Shown one piece after another: positions 36,857 to 49,750 of a DNA stretch of 64,000 nt. Under the pieces are notes generated by a model, which ran no database searches, was not told where the DNA came from, and saw only the letters and a list, made by a program, of their open reading frames with translations. Origin of the DNA: an uncultured Clostridia bacterium. GTDB taxonomy: Bacteria; Bacillota; Clostridia; Oscillospirales; Acutalibacteraceae. The translations under genes and the position numbers were made by a program. Position 1 is the stretch's first letter; every line of letters starts with the position of its first letter. The stretch is taken from NCBI GenBank assembly GCA_946184925.1, contig CAMHHL010000001.1:4974-68973 (forward strand), written 5' to 3'.

Positions 36857-39706
36857 ATGAACCCATTGAAAGCACTTTTCGGCAACTACTCAAAGCGCGA
36901 GGTTAAGCGCGTTCAGCCAATTGCCGACAAGGTTCTCGCACTCAGCGATAAGTACGCTGCCATGAGCGAAAGCGAGCTCAAGCAGCAAACCGCAATATTA
37001 AAGGAAAGGCTCGCAAACGGCGAGACAACCGACGATATTCTTCCCGACGCGTTCGCCGTATGCCGCGAGGCGTCTCAGCGTGTGCTCGGAATGAAGCACT
37101 TCCCCGTCCAGGTCATCGGCGGTATCATTCTGCATCAGGGACGAATCGCCGAGATGAAAACAGGTGAAGGTAAAACCCTCGTGGCAACCCTTCCCGCTTA
37201 CCTCAACGGTCTCACCGGCGAGGGCGTTCATATTGTAACAGTCAATGATTACCTCGCACGACGCGACTCGGAGTGGATGGGCAAGCTCTACCGCTACCTC
37301 GGGCTCTCCGTAGGTCTTATTGTTCACGACCTCGACAACGACGAGCGCAAAAAGGCGTATGAAGCCGACATCACCTACGGCACAAACAACGAGCTCGGCT
37401 TTGACTACCTGCGCGACAACATGGTAGTTTACAAGGAGAACAAGGTTCAGCGCGGTCACGCGTTCGCAATTGTGGACGAGGTTGACTCAATCCTCATCGA
37501 CGAAGCGCGTACACCTCTTATCATCAGCGGCAAGGGCGACAAGTCAACCGAGCTCTACACTCAGGCGAACCGCTTCGCGAAAACCCTCAAGGTTCAGCGC
37601 TTTACCGAGCTTGACTCCAAGGAGGATATGGAGGAGTACTACAGGGAAAACGGCATCGACTATGTCGTTGACGAAAAGTCAAAGTCAGTAACCCTCACCC
37701 AGAGCGGCGTCAAGAAGGCTGAGGAATTCTTCAACATCGAGAACCTCACCGACCCCGAAAACCTCACAATCCAGCACCACGTCAATCAGGCAATCCGCGC
37801 CCACGGAATTATGAAGCGCGACGTTGACTACGTAATCAAGGACGGCGAAATCATCATCGTCGATGAGTTCACCGGCCGTCTGATGTACGGCAGACGCTAC
37901 AACGAAGGTCTGCATCAGGCAATCGAGGCGAAGGAAGGCGTCAAGGTTCAGAACGAGAGCAAAACCCTCGCGACCATCACCTTCCAGAACTACTTCCGTC
38001 TTTACAAAAAGCTCTCCGGTATGACCGGTACGGCGATGACGGAGCAGACTGAGTTCCAGGAGATTTACAAGCTCGACGTAGTTGAGGTTCCCACCAACAA
38101 GCCTCTCGCCAGAGTTGACCTTCCCGACTCGGTTTATCAGACAGAAAACGGCAAGTTCAACGCGGTTATCCGTCAGATTATCGCTGCCCATGAAAAAGGT
38201 CAGCCGGTGCTTGTCGGTACAATATCAATCGAAAAGTCCGAGCTCCTCTCAAAAATGCTCAAGCGCCGGGGAATCGCTCACAACGTCCTCAACGCAAAGC
38301 AGCACGAGAAGGAGGCTGAGATTATCGCTCAGGCAGGTAAGCTCGGCGCCGTAACCATCGCCACCAACATGGCAGGTCGTGGTACGGATATTATCCTCGG
38401 CGGTAACGCTGAATATCTCGCCAAGGCGCAGATGCGCAAGCAGGGAATCGAGGATGAGCTAATCGCCGAGGCGACAGGCTATGCCGAGACAGACGACGAG
38501 GAAATCCTCGAGGCGAGAAAAATCTTCGCCGAGCTCAACAAGAAGTACAGCGAGGAAATCAAGGAAGAGGCTGACAAGGTAAGAGAAGCCGGCGGACTCT
38601 TCATCATCGGCACAGAGCGCCACGAATCGCGCCGTATCGACAACCAGCTGCGCGGACGTGCAGGACGTCAGGGCGACCCCGGTACCAGCAAGTTCTTCCT
38701 CTCCACCGAGGACGACCTCATGAGACTCTTCGGCGGCGACAGAATGAAGATGATGCTCTCAAGGCTCAACGTCGATGAGGACATGCCGATTGAGAACAAA
38801 ATGCTCACCAACATCATCGAAAACTCTCAGGAGAAGGTTGAGCTGCGCAACTTCGGAATTCGTAAGGACGTTCTCCAGTATGACGACGTTCTCAACAAGC
38901 AGCGTGAGATTATCTACACCCAGCGTGACCAGGTTCTCGACGGCGAGAATCTCCGCGACACAATAGTCAAGATGATTGAGGACAACATTTCCGAATCCAC
39001 AAACCGCTTCCTGTCCGGCGATATCAAGGAAAACTGGAACATCACAGGTCTTATCGACACATATTACGACTGGCTCATCAAGGATCGCTCCAAGTACAAC
39101 TTCTCCGACGAGGACATCGAGAATATTGAACCCGACGAAATCAAGGATATGATTATCGAGGACGCGATGAACCTCTACGCAGAAAACGAGGAGCTCCTCC
39201 CCGAGGCAACAATGCGCGAGATGGAGCGCGTATATCTGCTCAGAAGCGTCGATACCCACTGGATGGATCACATCGACAACATGGATCAGCTCAAGGCGGG
39301 AATCCACCTTCGCTCCTACGGTCAGCACGACCCGGTTGTTGAGTATCGTCTCGAGGGCTTCGATATGTTCGATGAGATGATCGCGGCAATCCGTGAGGAT
39401 ACAATGAAGCTTGTGCTCACTCAGCCCCGACGCATATATGAACAGCAGAAGCGCAGAGAAGCCATTGCGGCAGCAAAACGCCTCGCGGCTCAGAAAGCAG
39501 CTGCAAATGCTTCCGATGACGACGAGAACGATGTGGTCGCAAAGGCGCTCAAACGCGAGCAGGTCGCAAAGCCCACCGCCACCTCCGGCGACGGAACCGA
39601 CACCGCGAACAAAACAATCCGCAAGGGTAAGAAGGTCGGCAGAAACGACCCCTGTCCGTGCGGCAGCGGCAAAAAATACAAAAAGTGCTGCGGACGCAAC
39701 GAATAA
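36857..39706 (+). CDS. secA: Preprotein translocase ATPase SecA
   Basis: [47 protein letters not shown] motif [19 protein letters not shown]. Confidence 0.98.
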   Translation: MNPLKALFGNYSKREVKRVQPIADKVLALSDKYAAMSESELKQQTAILKERLANGETTDDILPDAFAVCREASQRVLGMKHFPVQVIGGIILHQGRIAEMKTGEGKTLVATLPAYLNGLTGEGVHIVTVNDYLARRDSEWMGKLYRYLGLSVGLIVHDLDNDERKKAYEADITYGTNNELGFDYLRDNMVVYKENKVQRGHAFAIVDEVDSILIDEARTPLIISGKGDKSTELYTQANRFAKTLKVQRFTELDSKEDMEEYYRENGIDYVVDEKSKSVTLTQSGVKKAEEFFNIENLTDPENLTIQHHVNQAIRAHGIMKRDVDYVIKDGEIIIVDEFTGRLMYGRRYNEGLHQAIEAKEGVKVQNESKTLATITFQNYFRLYKKLSGMTGTAMTEQTEFQEIYKLDVVEVPTNKPLARVDLPDSVYQTENGKFNAVIRQIIAAHEKGQPVLVGTISIEKSELLSKMLKRRGIAHNVLNAKQHEKEAEIIAQAGKLGAVTIATNMAGRGTDIILGGNAEYLAKAQMRKQGIEDELIAEATGYAETDDEEILEARKIFAELNKKYSEEIKEEADKVREAGGLFIIGTERHESRRIDNQLRGRAGRQGDPGTSKFFLSTEDDLMRLFGGDRMKMMLSRLNVDEDMPIENKMLTNIIENSQEKVELRNFGIRKDVLQYDDVLNKQREIIYTQRDQVLDGENLRDTIVKMIEDNISESTNRFLSGDIKENWNITGLIDTYYDWLIKDRSKYNFSDEDIENIEPDEIKDMIIEDAMNLYAENEELLPEATMREMERVYLLRSVDTHWMDHIDNMDQLKAGIHLRSYGQHDPVVEYRLEGFDMFDEMIAAIREDTMKLVLTQPRRIYEQQKRREAIAAAKRLAAQKAAANASDDDENDVVAKALKREQVAKPTATSGDGTDTANKTIRKGKKVGRNDPCPCGSGKKYKKCCGRNE

Positions 39707-39708
39707 CA

Positions 39709-39732
39709 AAAAGAGCCGGAAACGGCTCTTTT
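39709..39732 (+). terminator. Terminator after secA
   Basis: aaaagagccg-gaaa-cggctctttt. Confidence 0.8.
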
Positions 39733-39953
39733 TCGTTTGTATCATATGCTTTGCATGGAAGAACACCGAAAGACGAAGTGACAGGATACTGTTCCGATAA
39801 TAACTGTATTAGATAATACCTGCTGAGCAATTCAGTATACATTATATATTATATATTTTGCCTAAAGTTTGTATGTAAATTTTGTGAGAAAAATCAACTC
39901 ATAAATATTGCGTATTTGTGCGATTTGTGGTAAACTGTACACGAGGTAGTATT

Positions 39954-40691
39954 ATGAACAACGTTATTGTAGTAGCATCGGGAAAAGGCGGCACCGGAAA
40001 ATCAACCGTGTGCGTCGGACTTTCGGTTGCTTTGGTAAAACAGAACAACCGTGTGCTTTTAATCGACTGCGACTGCGGAATGCGCGGGCTTGACCTTTTA
40101 CTCGATGTTGAGGAGGAAATTCTCTTTGACTGCTCGGACGCCGTCCGCGGCAACTGCAAACCGACGGAAGCCGTCTACCGGAGCAAAAATCTCAGCGAGC
40201 TGTATCTTATGGCTGCTCCGTTTGATACCGACAACGAAATCAGCCCGTCTGTTTTTGCTCAGCTTGTCGGTGAGCTCAAGACTGACTATGATTACGTTAT
40301 CATTGATTCGCCTGCCGGAATCGGCTCCGGCTTTTCAACAGCGGCAGCTCCTGCCGACAGTGCGCTGATTGTCACCAACGCCGAACCTACAAGTCTGCGC
40401 GGCGCGGTTAAGATTCGCCGCAGGCTGCTTGAGCTCGAGCTCGAGAACATCAAGCTCGTCATAAACCGTTTCAGCGAGGAGCAGTTCGACAGGCTCGGCT
40501 GCTACGCCGACCTTGACGAGGTTATCGACAAAGCTCAGACTCAGCTTATTGCCCTCATTCCTAACGACATTCGCCTTTCCGCCATGATGCAGAACGGCGT
40601 CTACGGTCTTAACTGGAGCCCGGCGGTAACCGTATTTGACTGCCTTGCCAAGAGAATAAGCGGAGAAAAGGTTCCGCTTGCCTATAGATAA
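39954..40691 (+). CDS. minD: MinD-like ATPase
   Basis: SGKGGTGKST, IDCDCGMRGLDLLL, IDSPAGI. Confidence 0.8.
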   Translation: MNNVIVVASGKGGTGKSTVCVGLSVALVKQNNRVLLIDCDCGMRGLDLLLDVEEEILFDCSDAVRGNCKPTEAVYRSKNLSELYLMAAPFDTDNEISPSVFAQLVGELKTDYDYVIIDSPAGIGSGFSTAAAPADSALIVTNAEPTSLRGAVKIRRRLLELELENIKLVINRFSEEQFDRLGCYADLDEVIDKAQTQLIALIPNDIRLSAMMQNGVYGLNWSPAVTVFDCLAKRISGEKVPLAYR

Positions 40692-40736
40692 TACGAATGA
40701 TTTAGATTTTTGAGGATTAGATATCAGGAGGATTTT

Positions 40737-41132
40737 ATGAACATTGCATTAATCGCCCACGATGAGAAAAAGGAACTTATGATACAGTTCTGTATCGCGT
40801 ACTGCGGAATACTGAGCAGGAACAACCTCTGCGCTACCGGCACAACCGGAAAGATCGTCTCTGAGGCTACAGGACTTGAGGTGACAGGCTTCCTCGCCGG
40901 CTCACAGGGCGGCGACCAGCAGATTGCCGCACGCATCGCCTGCAACGAGATTGATATGCTCCTTTTCTTCCGTGATCCGCTCAACCCCAAGCCCAACGAG
41001 CCCAACGACATGAACCTTCTGAGGCTTTGTGATATGCACAACATTCCGGTCGCGACCAATATCGCGACTGCCGAGGTTCTCATCCACGGCCTTGAGCGCG
41101 GCGACCTCGATTGGAGAAACATCATCAAGTAA
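40737..41132 (+). CDS. mgsA: Methylglyoxal synthase
   Basis: [45 protein letters not shown]. Confidence 0.95.
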   Translation: MNIALIAHDEKKELMIQFCIAYCGILSRNNLCATGTTGKIVSEATGLEVTGFLAGSQGGDQQIAARIACNEIDMLLFFRDPLNPKPNEPNDMNLLRLCDMHNIPVATNIATAEVLIHGLERGDLDWRNIIK

Positions 41133-41222
41133 TTTTTTTAATAGCTGACTTTATGGGCGGCTCAGGCTGCCCATTAGTTGCGTATACAGGTATAAATATT
41201 TTTATGGAAAAGGTGTGATTTT

Positions 41223-42512
41223 ATGGGAGTAATCACAAAGAAAATCAAAGGAACCGAGGACGTATTGCCCAAGCAGAGCTATCGCTGGCAGTTCGTCGAG
41301 AATATCATGCGCGAGGAGGCGGCTAAGTTTGGCTTCAAGGAGCTGAGAACGCCGGTTTTTGAGCACACCGAGCTCTTCGCGAGAGGCGTCGGCGACACCA
41401 CCGACGTCGTCCAGAAGGAGATGTACACCTTCGACACCAAGGGCGGCGAGAGCGTCACCCTTCGTCCCGAGGGCACCGCAGGAGCGGCGCGCGCGCTGCT
41501 TGAGCATTCGCTCACAAACGAGGGCCTGCCGATTAAGGCGTACTACCTCACATCGTGCTATCGCTATGAAAAGCCCCAGGCAGGACGTCTCAGGGAGTTC
41601 CACCAGTTCGGAATTGAGGAGTACGGCACATCATCTCCCCTTGCCGACGCGGAGGTAATCTCGCTTGCGGACTCAATCTTCAAGCGCTTGCAGATTGAAA
41701 ATCTCCACCTCGAAATCAACTCCATCGGCTGTCCTGAGTGCCGTCCGAACTTCCACAAAGCACTCAAGGAATATTTCTCCGAATACAAGGACGAGCTCTG
41801 CGGCACCTGTCTCACCCGTCTCGACAAAAACCCGATGCGTATCCTCGACTGCAAGAGTCCCGTATGCTCCAAAATTGCCGAGGGCGCCCCGAAGATCACC
41901 GACTTCCTCTGCGAGGAATGCCGCGACCACTTCGCTCAGGTTCAGAATTATCTCAGAATCGCGGGGATCGACTTCAAGGTTAACCCCACAATCGTCCGCG
42001 GTCTTGACTATTATACAAAAACCGTCTTTGAGTTTGTCTCCGACGCAATCGGCAGTCAGGGAACCGTCTGCGGCGGCGGCAGATACGACGGACTTATTGA
42101 ACAGCTCGGCGGTCAGCACCTTCCGTCGCTCGGCTATGCGATGGGAATCGAACGCCTGCTGATGGTTATGGATAATCAGGGCATCGAAATCCCGGCTCCG
42201 GCTCCGTGCGCGATTTACATTGCCGGTCTCGGTGATAACGCCCAGACCAAGGCTTTCGAGCTCATTCAGGCGGTACGCTCGTGCGGACTTTCCGCCGAGA
42301 CGGACGTTGTCGGTCGCGGACTGCGCGCCCAGATGAAGTACGCCGACAAAATCGGTGCTCAGTTCAGCATGGTTATCGGCGACAACGAGCTCGATGAAAA
42401 CAAGGCGAAGGTCAAGAATATGACAACCGGCGAGCAGACCGAGCTGCCGCTCGACGAGAGCTTCGCGGAGCAGTTCAGAGCGCTTCATATGGCGGCTGAA
42501 TTTGCCGACTAA
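41223..42512 (+). CDS. hisS: Histidine--tRNA ligase
   Basis: RTPVFEHTELF, LRPEGTAG, YEKPQAGRLREFHQ, VRGLDYYT, GGGRYD. Confidence 0.98.
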   Translation: MGVITKKIKGTEDVLPKQSYRWQFVENIMREEAAKFGFKELRTPVFEHTELFARGVGDTTDVVQKEMYTFDTKGGESVTLRPEGTAGAARALLEHSLTNEGLPIKAYYLTSCYRYEKPQAGRLREFHQFGIEEYGTSSPLADAEVISLADSIFKRLQIENLHLEINSIGCPECRPNFHKALKEYFSEYKDELCGTCLTRLDKNPMRILDCKSPVCSKIAEGAPKITDFLCEECRDHFAQVQNYLRIAGIDFKVNPTIVRGLDYYTKTVFEFVSDAIGSQGTVCGGGRYDGLIEQLGGQHLPSLGYAMGIERLLMVMDNQGIEIPAPAPCAIYIAGLGDNAQTKAFELIQAVRSCGLSAETDVVGRGLRAQMKYADKIGAQFSMVIGDNELDENKAKVKNMTTGEQTELPLDESFAEQFRALHMAAEFAD

Positions 42513-42530
42513 TATAAGGGAGTAGAAAAT

Positions 42531-44312
42531 ATGGCAGAATTTATGACAGGTCTCAAGAGGACCGATATGTGCGGCGACCTCCGCATTTCCGACGTCGGAC
42601 GCGAGGTTACGCTTTTCGGCTGGGTTCAGCGTCAGCGCGACCTCGGCCAGCTGATTTTCATTGATTTACGCGACAGAACAGGCATTGTTCAGCTCGCGTT
42701 CAGCGACACCACCGACAAGGAAATTTTTGACAAGGCTTTCTCATGCCGCAGCGAGTATGTTCTCGGCGTGCGCGGAGTTGTTGCCGAGAGAAGCGCCAAG
42801 ACCGACAAAATCCCGACAGGCGACATCGAAATTCAGGTGACTGAACTTCGCATACTTTCCAAGGCGCAGACTCCGCCGTTTGAGATTGTTGACAAAACAA
42901 AAACAGCCGAGGAGCTCCGCCTGAAATACCGCTACCTCGACCTCAGGCGCAGACCGCTCCAGGAGAACATCATCCTCCGCAGCAAAATCGCCAAGGTCGC
43001 ACGCGACTACTTCTATGAAAACAACTTCATCGAGATTGAGACCCCGATGATGATAAAAAGCACTCCCGAGGGCGCGCGCGACTATCTCGTACCATCGAGA
43101 ATTCACAACGGCAAGTTCTATGCCCTTCCCCAGTCGCCGCAGATTTACAAGCAGCTTCTGATGCTTTCCGGTTTTGACCGCTACATTCAGCTCGCGCGCT
43201 GCTTCCGCGACGAGGATCTCAGAGCCGACCGTCAGCCCGAGTTCACTCAGATTGATATGGAGCTCTCGTTTGCGGATATGGACGAGATTATGGAAATCAA
43301 CGAGGGGCTTTTCAAGCGCATTTTCAGCGAGGTTCTCGGCAAGGAGCTCGAGACGCCGTTCATGAAGATGACCTACAAGGACGCCATGGAGCGCTTCGGC
43401 TCCGATAAGCCCGACGTGCGTTTCGGTATGGAGCTGCGGGACATCTCCGACCTCGTAAAGGACAGCGAGTTCGGCGTGTTCAGCTCTGCGGTTCAGAGCG
43501 GCGGTTCCGTTCGCTGTATTGTCGCGAAGGACGCGGCAAAAACCTACACAAGAAAAGAAATCGACAAGCTCACCGAGTATGTCCGCGGAATCGGCGCGAA
43601 AGGTCTCGCGTTCGTCCGCTGGGTTGATGACGAGCCGTCCTGCTCCTTCAAAAAGTTTATGAAGGAAGGCGAGCTCGAGAGCATCCTCTCGACCGTTGGA
43701 GCCGAGAATGGCGACGTGGTTCTCATCGTTGCCGACAAGAACAGCGTTACTCTCCCCGTTCTCGGTGCGCTCAGACTTGTTGTCGCCAAGCGCCTTGACA
43801 TTATCCCCGATGAATTCAAATTCGTGTGGATTGTGGACTTCCCGTTCTTCGAGTTTGACGAGGAGAGCGGCGAGTGGATTGCGATGCACCATCCGTTCAC
43901 AATGCCCCGCGAGGACTGTCTGCAATACCTCGACACCGACAAGGGCAAGGTTATCGCCAAGGCTTACGACCTCACCCTCAACGGCACCGAGCTGAGCTCA
44001 GGCTCAATTCGTATCACCGACTATGAGCTCCAACAGAAGATGTTCCGCGCGCTCAAGATGAGCGACGAGGAAATCGAGGCGAAGTTCGGCTTCCTCGTTG
44101 AAGCCTACAAGTACGGCGCTCCGCCGCACGGCGGAATGGGAATCGGTCTTGACCGTGTAGCGATGCTTCTCACCGGAGCGGATAGCCTGCGCGACGTCAC
44201 CGCCTTCCCCAAGGTTCAGAACGCCTCCGAGCTGATGAGCCAATGCCCGTCCGAGGTTGACGCGGAGAGTCTCGAGGTGCTCGGTCTCGAAATCAAAAAA
44301 ACCGACGAATAA
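42531..44312 (+). CDS. aspS: Aspartate--tRNA ligase
   Basis: EGARDYLVPSR, LPQSPQIYKQLLM, FRDEDLRADRQPEFTQID, HHPFT, GAPPHGG. Confidence 0.98.
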   Translation: MAEFMTGLKRTDMCGDLRISDVGREVTLFGWVQRQRDLGQLIFIDLRDRTGIVQLAFSDTTDKEIFDKAFSCRSEYVLGVRGVVAERSAKTDKIPTGDIEIQVTELRILSKAQTPPFEIVDKTKTAEELRLKYRYLDLRRRPLQENIILRSKIAKVARDYFYENNFIEIETPMMIKSTPEGARDYLVPSRIHNGKFYALPQSPQIYKQLLMLSGFDRYIQLARCFRDEDLRADRQPEFTQIDMELSFADMDEIMEINEGLFKRIFSEVLGKELETPFMKMTYKDAMERFGSDKPDVRFGMELRDISDLVKDSEFGVFSSAVQSGGSVRCIVAKDAAKTYTRKEIDKLTEYVRGIGAKGLAFVRWVDDEPSCSFKKFMKEGELESILSTVGAENGDVVLIVADKNSVTLPVLGALRLVVAKRLDIIPDEFKFVWIVDFPFFEFDEESGEWIAMHHPFTMPREDCLQYLDTDKGKVIAKAYDLTLNGTELSSGSIRITDYELQQKMFRALKMSDEEIEAKFGFLVEAYKYGAPPHGGMGIGLDRVAMLLTGADSLRDVTAFPKVQNASELMSQCPSEVDAESLEVLGLEIKKTDE

Positions 44313-44495
44313 TTATCAGGACAGCGTACGATTTGTGCGCTGTCTTTTCCACACTTATTTTTTGATTTTTAAGGATTTTTTAAAAGTTTTGTGCTATTAT
44401 TATGTTAGATTGGGGAAGTTTCTGTCAAACGAATTATTGCTTTTTCAGGCACTCAGACCCCGTCCGCAAAGCTCTTGAAATCAGGAGGAGATAGT

Positions 44496-47400
44496 ATGTT
44501 CAAAAAATTCACCGGGCTGCTGCTCGCGATGGCTCTTTTAGCAGGGATGTTAGTTTTTCCCGGCTCAACAGCTTCCGCGGAAACAACCGCCGAAAGCACA
44601 CGCCAGTTCGCTCAGTCTACGGTACGCGGAAGCGCGGTGCTGCACTGCTTCAACTGGTCGTACAAAGCGATAACCGAGAACCTCGCCGACATTAGAGCGG
44701 CAGGCTACACCGCGGTTCAGACCTCGCCCGTTCAGGCTCCGAAGGACTACAACTCCTACTGGACAGATTTAAACGGTCAGTGGTGGAAGATGTACCAGCC
44801 AATCGGACTGAGCGTTGCCGACGGCAATACCTGGCTCGGCACCAAGGCTGAGCTGAAAACCCTCTGCGATACGGCGGAGGAGTACGGCATTAAGGTCATT
44901 GTTGACATTGTCGCGAACCACCTGGCGAACAACGGCAGCGACGGCGGAACCTACTCCTACCTCAACTCGGGCGTTGAGTCCGACCTCAAAAACTCCTCAT
45001 ATTATCACACCAACAATATTTGGATTAACGATGACAGCCGATATAATATGACTCAGTATCATATCGGTATGCCCGACCTCAACACATCAAACAGCTATAT
45101 TCAGAAAAAGGCTCTCAGTCTGCTGAAGGAATGCGCCGACCTCGGCGTTGACGGCTTCCGCTTTGACGCGGCGAAGCACATTGAGCTCCCCACCGACTCG
45201 GGCTGCGCGAGCGACTTCTGGCCGACGGTCATAAACGGCGTCAACAGCTATAAGAGCGGACTTTTCTCCTACGGAGAAATCCTCGGCGGCGCAGGCACCG
45301 AAATCTCAAACTACACCAAATACATGGACATCACCGACAACTATACCGGCGAAAAAGTCCTCGACAAGGTCTACTACAATGCGCCGACCGAAGCCGCGGA
45401 CATAACATACTACAAGGGCGCCGGAGCGTCACACTCCGTGCTCTGGGTTGAATCTCACGACACATATATGGGGGAAACCGGCTCATCCGCGTTCAAAAAC
45501 ACCTCAGCGATATCCTCCGACATTCTCACGAGAGCATGGGCTGTCATCGCCTCGAGAGCTGATTCGACCGCGCTTTACTTCGCGAGACCGAACTCGACAA
45601 TGGGCAAGGCGAGCTCCGACACAAACTGGAAATCTACAGCCGTCGCCGAGGTCAACAAGTTCAAAAACTTCTTTGACGGCACCGAAGAATATCTCTCCTC
45701 AAGTTCAAGTAATTACTGCGTTTATAACGAGCGCTCAACCTCAGGCGTTGTAATCTCCAAGCTTAACGGCGGAGGAACGGTCAGCCTCACCGCCCACAAA
45801 ATGGCGGACGGAACCTACACCGATCAGGTCTCCGGCAACACCTTCACCGTTTCCGGCGGAAAAATCCGCGGAACCGTCGGCTCGACGGGCGTCGCCGTTG
45901 TTTATAACCCGGAGGATGACTCCGCGCTGAATCCGCTCAAGAACACCTATCTCCTCGGCGACTTCAACAGCTGGAGCGAGAGCGACAGCTCAAAAATGAA
46001 CGCCGACTCGGACACCGTGCTGAGCAAAACAATTACGCTGAGCAAGGGCACCTATGCCTTCAAGATAAAAATGTTCGACACCTGGTACGGCAACGACGGA
46101 ACAATCACTGACACAACCACCACAACCTCAACCCACGGCTGGGAATTTTCGGAAGCGGCGGACGACTGCACCTTAGACGCCACCGGCGGAAAATATACCT
46201 TTACGCTCGACACAAGCACTATGAAGCTCATCATCACGCGCGAAGAAACACCGACCGAAGCCACCACCAAGGCTCCCGGTATTTCGTACTATGTTGTCGG
46301 CTCGTTCAACGGCTGGAGCAATTCCACCGCAATCAGCGACGGCTATTCCGTCAACCTGAAAGCCGGAACCTACACCTTCAAAATCAAGGACAGCAACGGC
46401 AACTGGTACGGCAACGGCGGAAAAATTTCCGACACAACCACCACAACCTCAACCCACGGCTGGCAGTTCACCTCATCAGCCGGCAACTGTACACTTGTCG
46501 CGACGGGCGGCGTCTACACCTTTACCCTCAACACAAGCACAATGAAGGTCATAGTCACCCACTCCCAGGAAACAGTTGAGCCGCACGAGGTTTCTTACTA
46601 TCTTGTCGGCGATTTCAACAACTGGAGCAATTCCTCCGAAATCGGCGACGGTTACACAATTCACCTCGACAAAGGGAGCTATTTGTTCAAAATTATAGAC
46701 AGCGACGGCAACTGGTACGGCAACGACGGAACAATCGCCGACACAACAACAACCACCTCAACTCACGGCTGGCAGTTCACCCCGGAAGCCGGGGACTGCA
46801 CGCTGACCGCTTCCGGAGGAAGCTATACCTTCACCTTTAACACGGAAACTATGAAGCTCATAGTCACCTACGCGGAGGACGTTACGGAGCATGACTACAC
46901 CGTGAATTTCGTATACAAATATCACGTCTTTGATACGTCACAGGGGCTTGAATACGCTGACGGACGCGAGTCATCGGCTCTCAACACCTATACTGCGACA
47001 AGCACGTTAACCTCTGCCGAGCTCGACGACGCAAATTATGTCAATAGCCTTGCCAAGCAAAATACGCCGGATATTCTGAGCAATTACTATAATTACAGCT
47101 TTCCGGAAAGCGACGAGGATTATGTCGTCTCTGACGCGGTGAACGGCGTGGTCAATGTTACCGTCACACTCGAGAATTCTCCGAGAGAATACACTGTTTA
47201 TCTGCTCAGCGGCGAGAAGAACGGAAGCATAGTCAAGACCAAAACCTGTCACTATAACGAGAGCGTAACCTTCGACGCAAGCTCGGACGGCGAGTGTGAA
47301 GCAGAATTTGAGGACGGATTCATCTGGCATTACGGCAAAAAGAACTATAATCCGACTTCCGACACAGTGCTCTCGGTTAAAAAGTCGTTCTCATTCAAGG

Positions 47401-48011
47401 TTTTCAGCGAAAAAACCTATCTCTTTGTCGAGAAAAACGAGGATTATGCCGACGAGCTCACATCAAAGAAGCCGGCAAGCAATATTGCTCACGCTTATTC
47501 CGAGTATGTTTACGAGAATAATCAAAAAATGCTCGAGCAAAACTTTTATATTCAGGATATTATCAGCAGCTCTGACAAAGACGCCGGTAAGTTCATCGGC
47601 TCGGGCGTTGTGTATTATCTTTGGGACGATGACGCGGACGCGCCCAACGCCGCAGCCCTGAAGGCTTTGGATGATGTCGGAAAGGATTATGTGCTCGCTC
47701 AGCTCAACGCCCAAAAGGACGCTTTGGCTGACGCCGAGAATGAAAAAACAATCCTCAGCGGCTTTAACAACGTCAAGGGCTTGATTTGCAATCATTACAA
47801 AAAGCCTGACGGTGAAGCCGACGCGTCCGGTTTGCTGCGGTATTCTTCATCAAACGAGTATTACAACTTCATTCTGGGGTTAAGGATATCCGCAAACGTT
47901 GCCTACGCCAAATATTCCTACAGAGTGTATTCCTACATGATTTATCAGAACGACAACGGAGAAAACACCGTCGTAATCAGCCCGACCTGCGCCGAGGCTA
48001 AGTTGTTTTAG
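44496..48011 (+). CDS. Secreted multimodular GH13 alpha-amylase
   Basis: Signal peptide; LHCFNWS, WWKMYQP, DIVANH, GFRFDAAKH, YGEIL, WVESHD; Aamy_C; three ~95-aa repeats; uncharacterised C-terminal region. Confidence 0.93.
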   Translation: MFKKFTGLLLAMALLAGMLVFPGSTASAETTAESTRQFAQSTVRGSAVLHCFNWSYKAITENLADIRAAGYTAVQTSPVQAPKDYNSYWTDLNGQWWKMYQPIGLSVADGNTWLGTKAELKTLCDTAEEYGIKVIVDIVANHLANNGSDGGTYSYLNSGVESDLKNSSYYHTNNIWINDDSRYNMTQYHIGMPDLNTSNSYIQKKALSLLKECADLGVDGFRFDAAKHIELPTDSGCASDFWPTVINGVNSYKSGLFSYGEILGGAGTEISNYTKYMDITDNYTGEKVLDKVYYNAPTEAADITYYKGAGASHSVLWVESHDTYMGETGSSAFKNTSAISSDILTRAWAVIASRADSTALYFARPNSTMGKASSDTNWKSTAVAEVNKFKNFFDGTEEYLSSSSSNYCVYNERSTSGVVISKLNGGGTVSLTAHKMADGTYTDQVSGNTFTVSGGKIRGTVGSTGVAVVYNPEDDSALNPLKNTYLLGDFNSWSESDSSKMNADSDTVLSKTITLSKGTYAFKIKMFDTWYGNDGTITDTTTTTSTHGWEFSEAADDCTLDATGGKYTFTLDTSTMKLIITREETPTEATTKAPGISYYVVGSFNGWSNSTAISDGYSVNLKAGTYTFKIKDSNGNWYGNGGKISDTTTTTSTHGWQFTSSAGNCTLVATGGVYTFTLNTSTMKVIVTHSQETVEPHEVSYYLVGDFNNWSNSSEIGDGYTIHLDKGSYLFKIIDSDGNWYGNDGTIADTTTTTSTHGWQFTPEAGDCTLTASGGSYTFTFNTETMKLIVTYAEDVTEHDYTVNFVYKYHVFDTSQGLEYADGRESSALNTYTATSTLTSAELDDANYVNSLAKQNTPDILSNYYNYSFPESDEDYVVSDAVNGVVNVTVTLENSPREYTVYLLSGEKNGSIVKTKTCHYNESVTFDASSDGECEAEFEDGFIWHYGKKNYNPTSDTVLSVKKSFSFKVFSEKTYLFVEKNEDYADELTSKKPASNIAHAYSEYVYENNQKMLEQNFYIQDIISSSDKDAGKFIGSGVVYYLWDDDADAPNAAALKALDDVGKDYVLAQLNAQKDALADAENEKTILSGFNNVKGLICNHYKKPDGEADASGLLRYSSSNEYYNFILGLRISANVAYAKYSYRVYSYMIYQNDNGENTVVISPTCAEAKLF
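45946..46870 (+). repeat. Three intragenic direct repeats encoding putative glucan-binding modules
   Basis: Y(L/V)(L/V)G(D/S)FN.WS...GTY.FKI...WYGN.G.I.DTTTTTSTHGW(E/Q)F...GDC/GNCTL.A.GG.YTFT in each; near-identical DNA at ~46082, ~46402, ~46712. Confidence 0.9.
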
Positions 48012-48038
48012 TATTTGCGTTTTTGAATTTAACGCACG

Positions 48039-48069
48039 AAAACCCCCGACTCGATGAGCCGGGGGTTTT
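48039..48069. terminator. Bidirectional terminator amylase/guaB
   Basis: aaaacccccg / cgggggtttt. Confidence 0.75.
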
Positions 48070-48086
48070 AAGTAGACACTGATTAA

Positions 48087-49580
<1,494 letters not shown>

Positions 49581-49680
49581 TTATTTGTATTATTAGCTAA
49601 CATTATATCAAAATCGCGGATATTCTTCAAGAATTTTTTTCGTCATTTATATAGAATTTTTGATTTATTTTTCGTATATA

Positions 49681-49709
49681 TTGACAACGGTCGCTCTAAA
49701 AGTTAAAAT
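49681..49709 (+). promoter_or_regulatory. SigA-type promoter of lipoprotein gene
   Basis: TTGACA-17 nt-TAAAAT. Confidence 0.75.
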
Positions 49710-49750
49710 ACAATATGTATTATTGAACAAAGAAAGGCTCTGAAAACATT

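Noticed and set aside
41133-41222. T-box leaders before hisS-aspS and gltX-glnS
   Set aside because: Intergenic space is too short (90 nt; promoter ~35-60 nt from the gltX start) and no T-box motif was seen
46890-48011. Dockerin, SLH or sortase anchor on the amylase
   Set aside because: No duplicated Ca-binding DxNxDG loops, SLH motif or LPxTG-TM-basic tail
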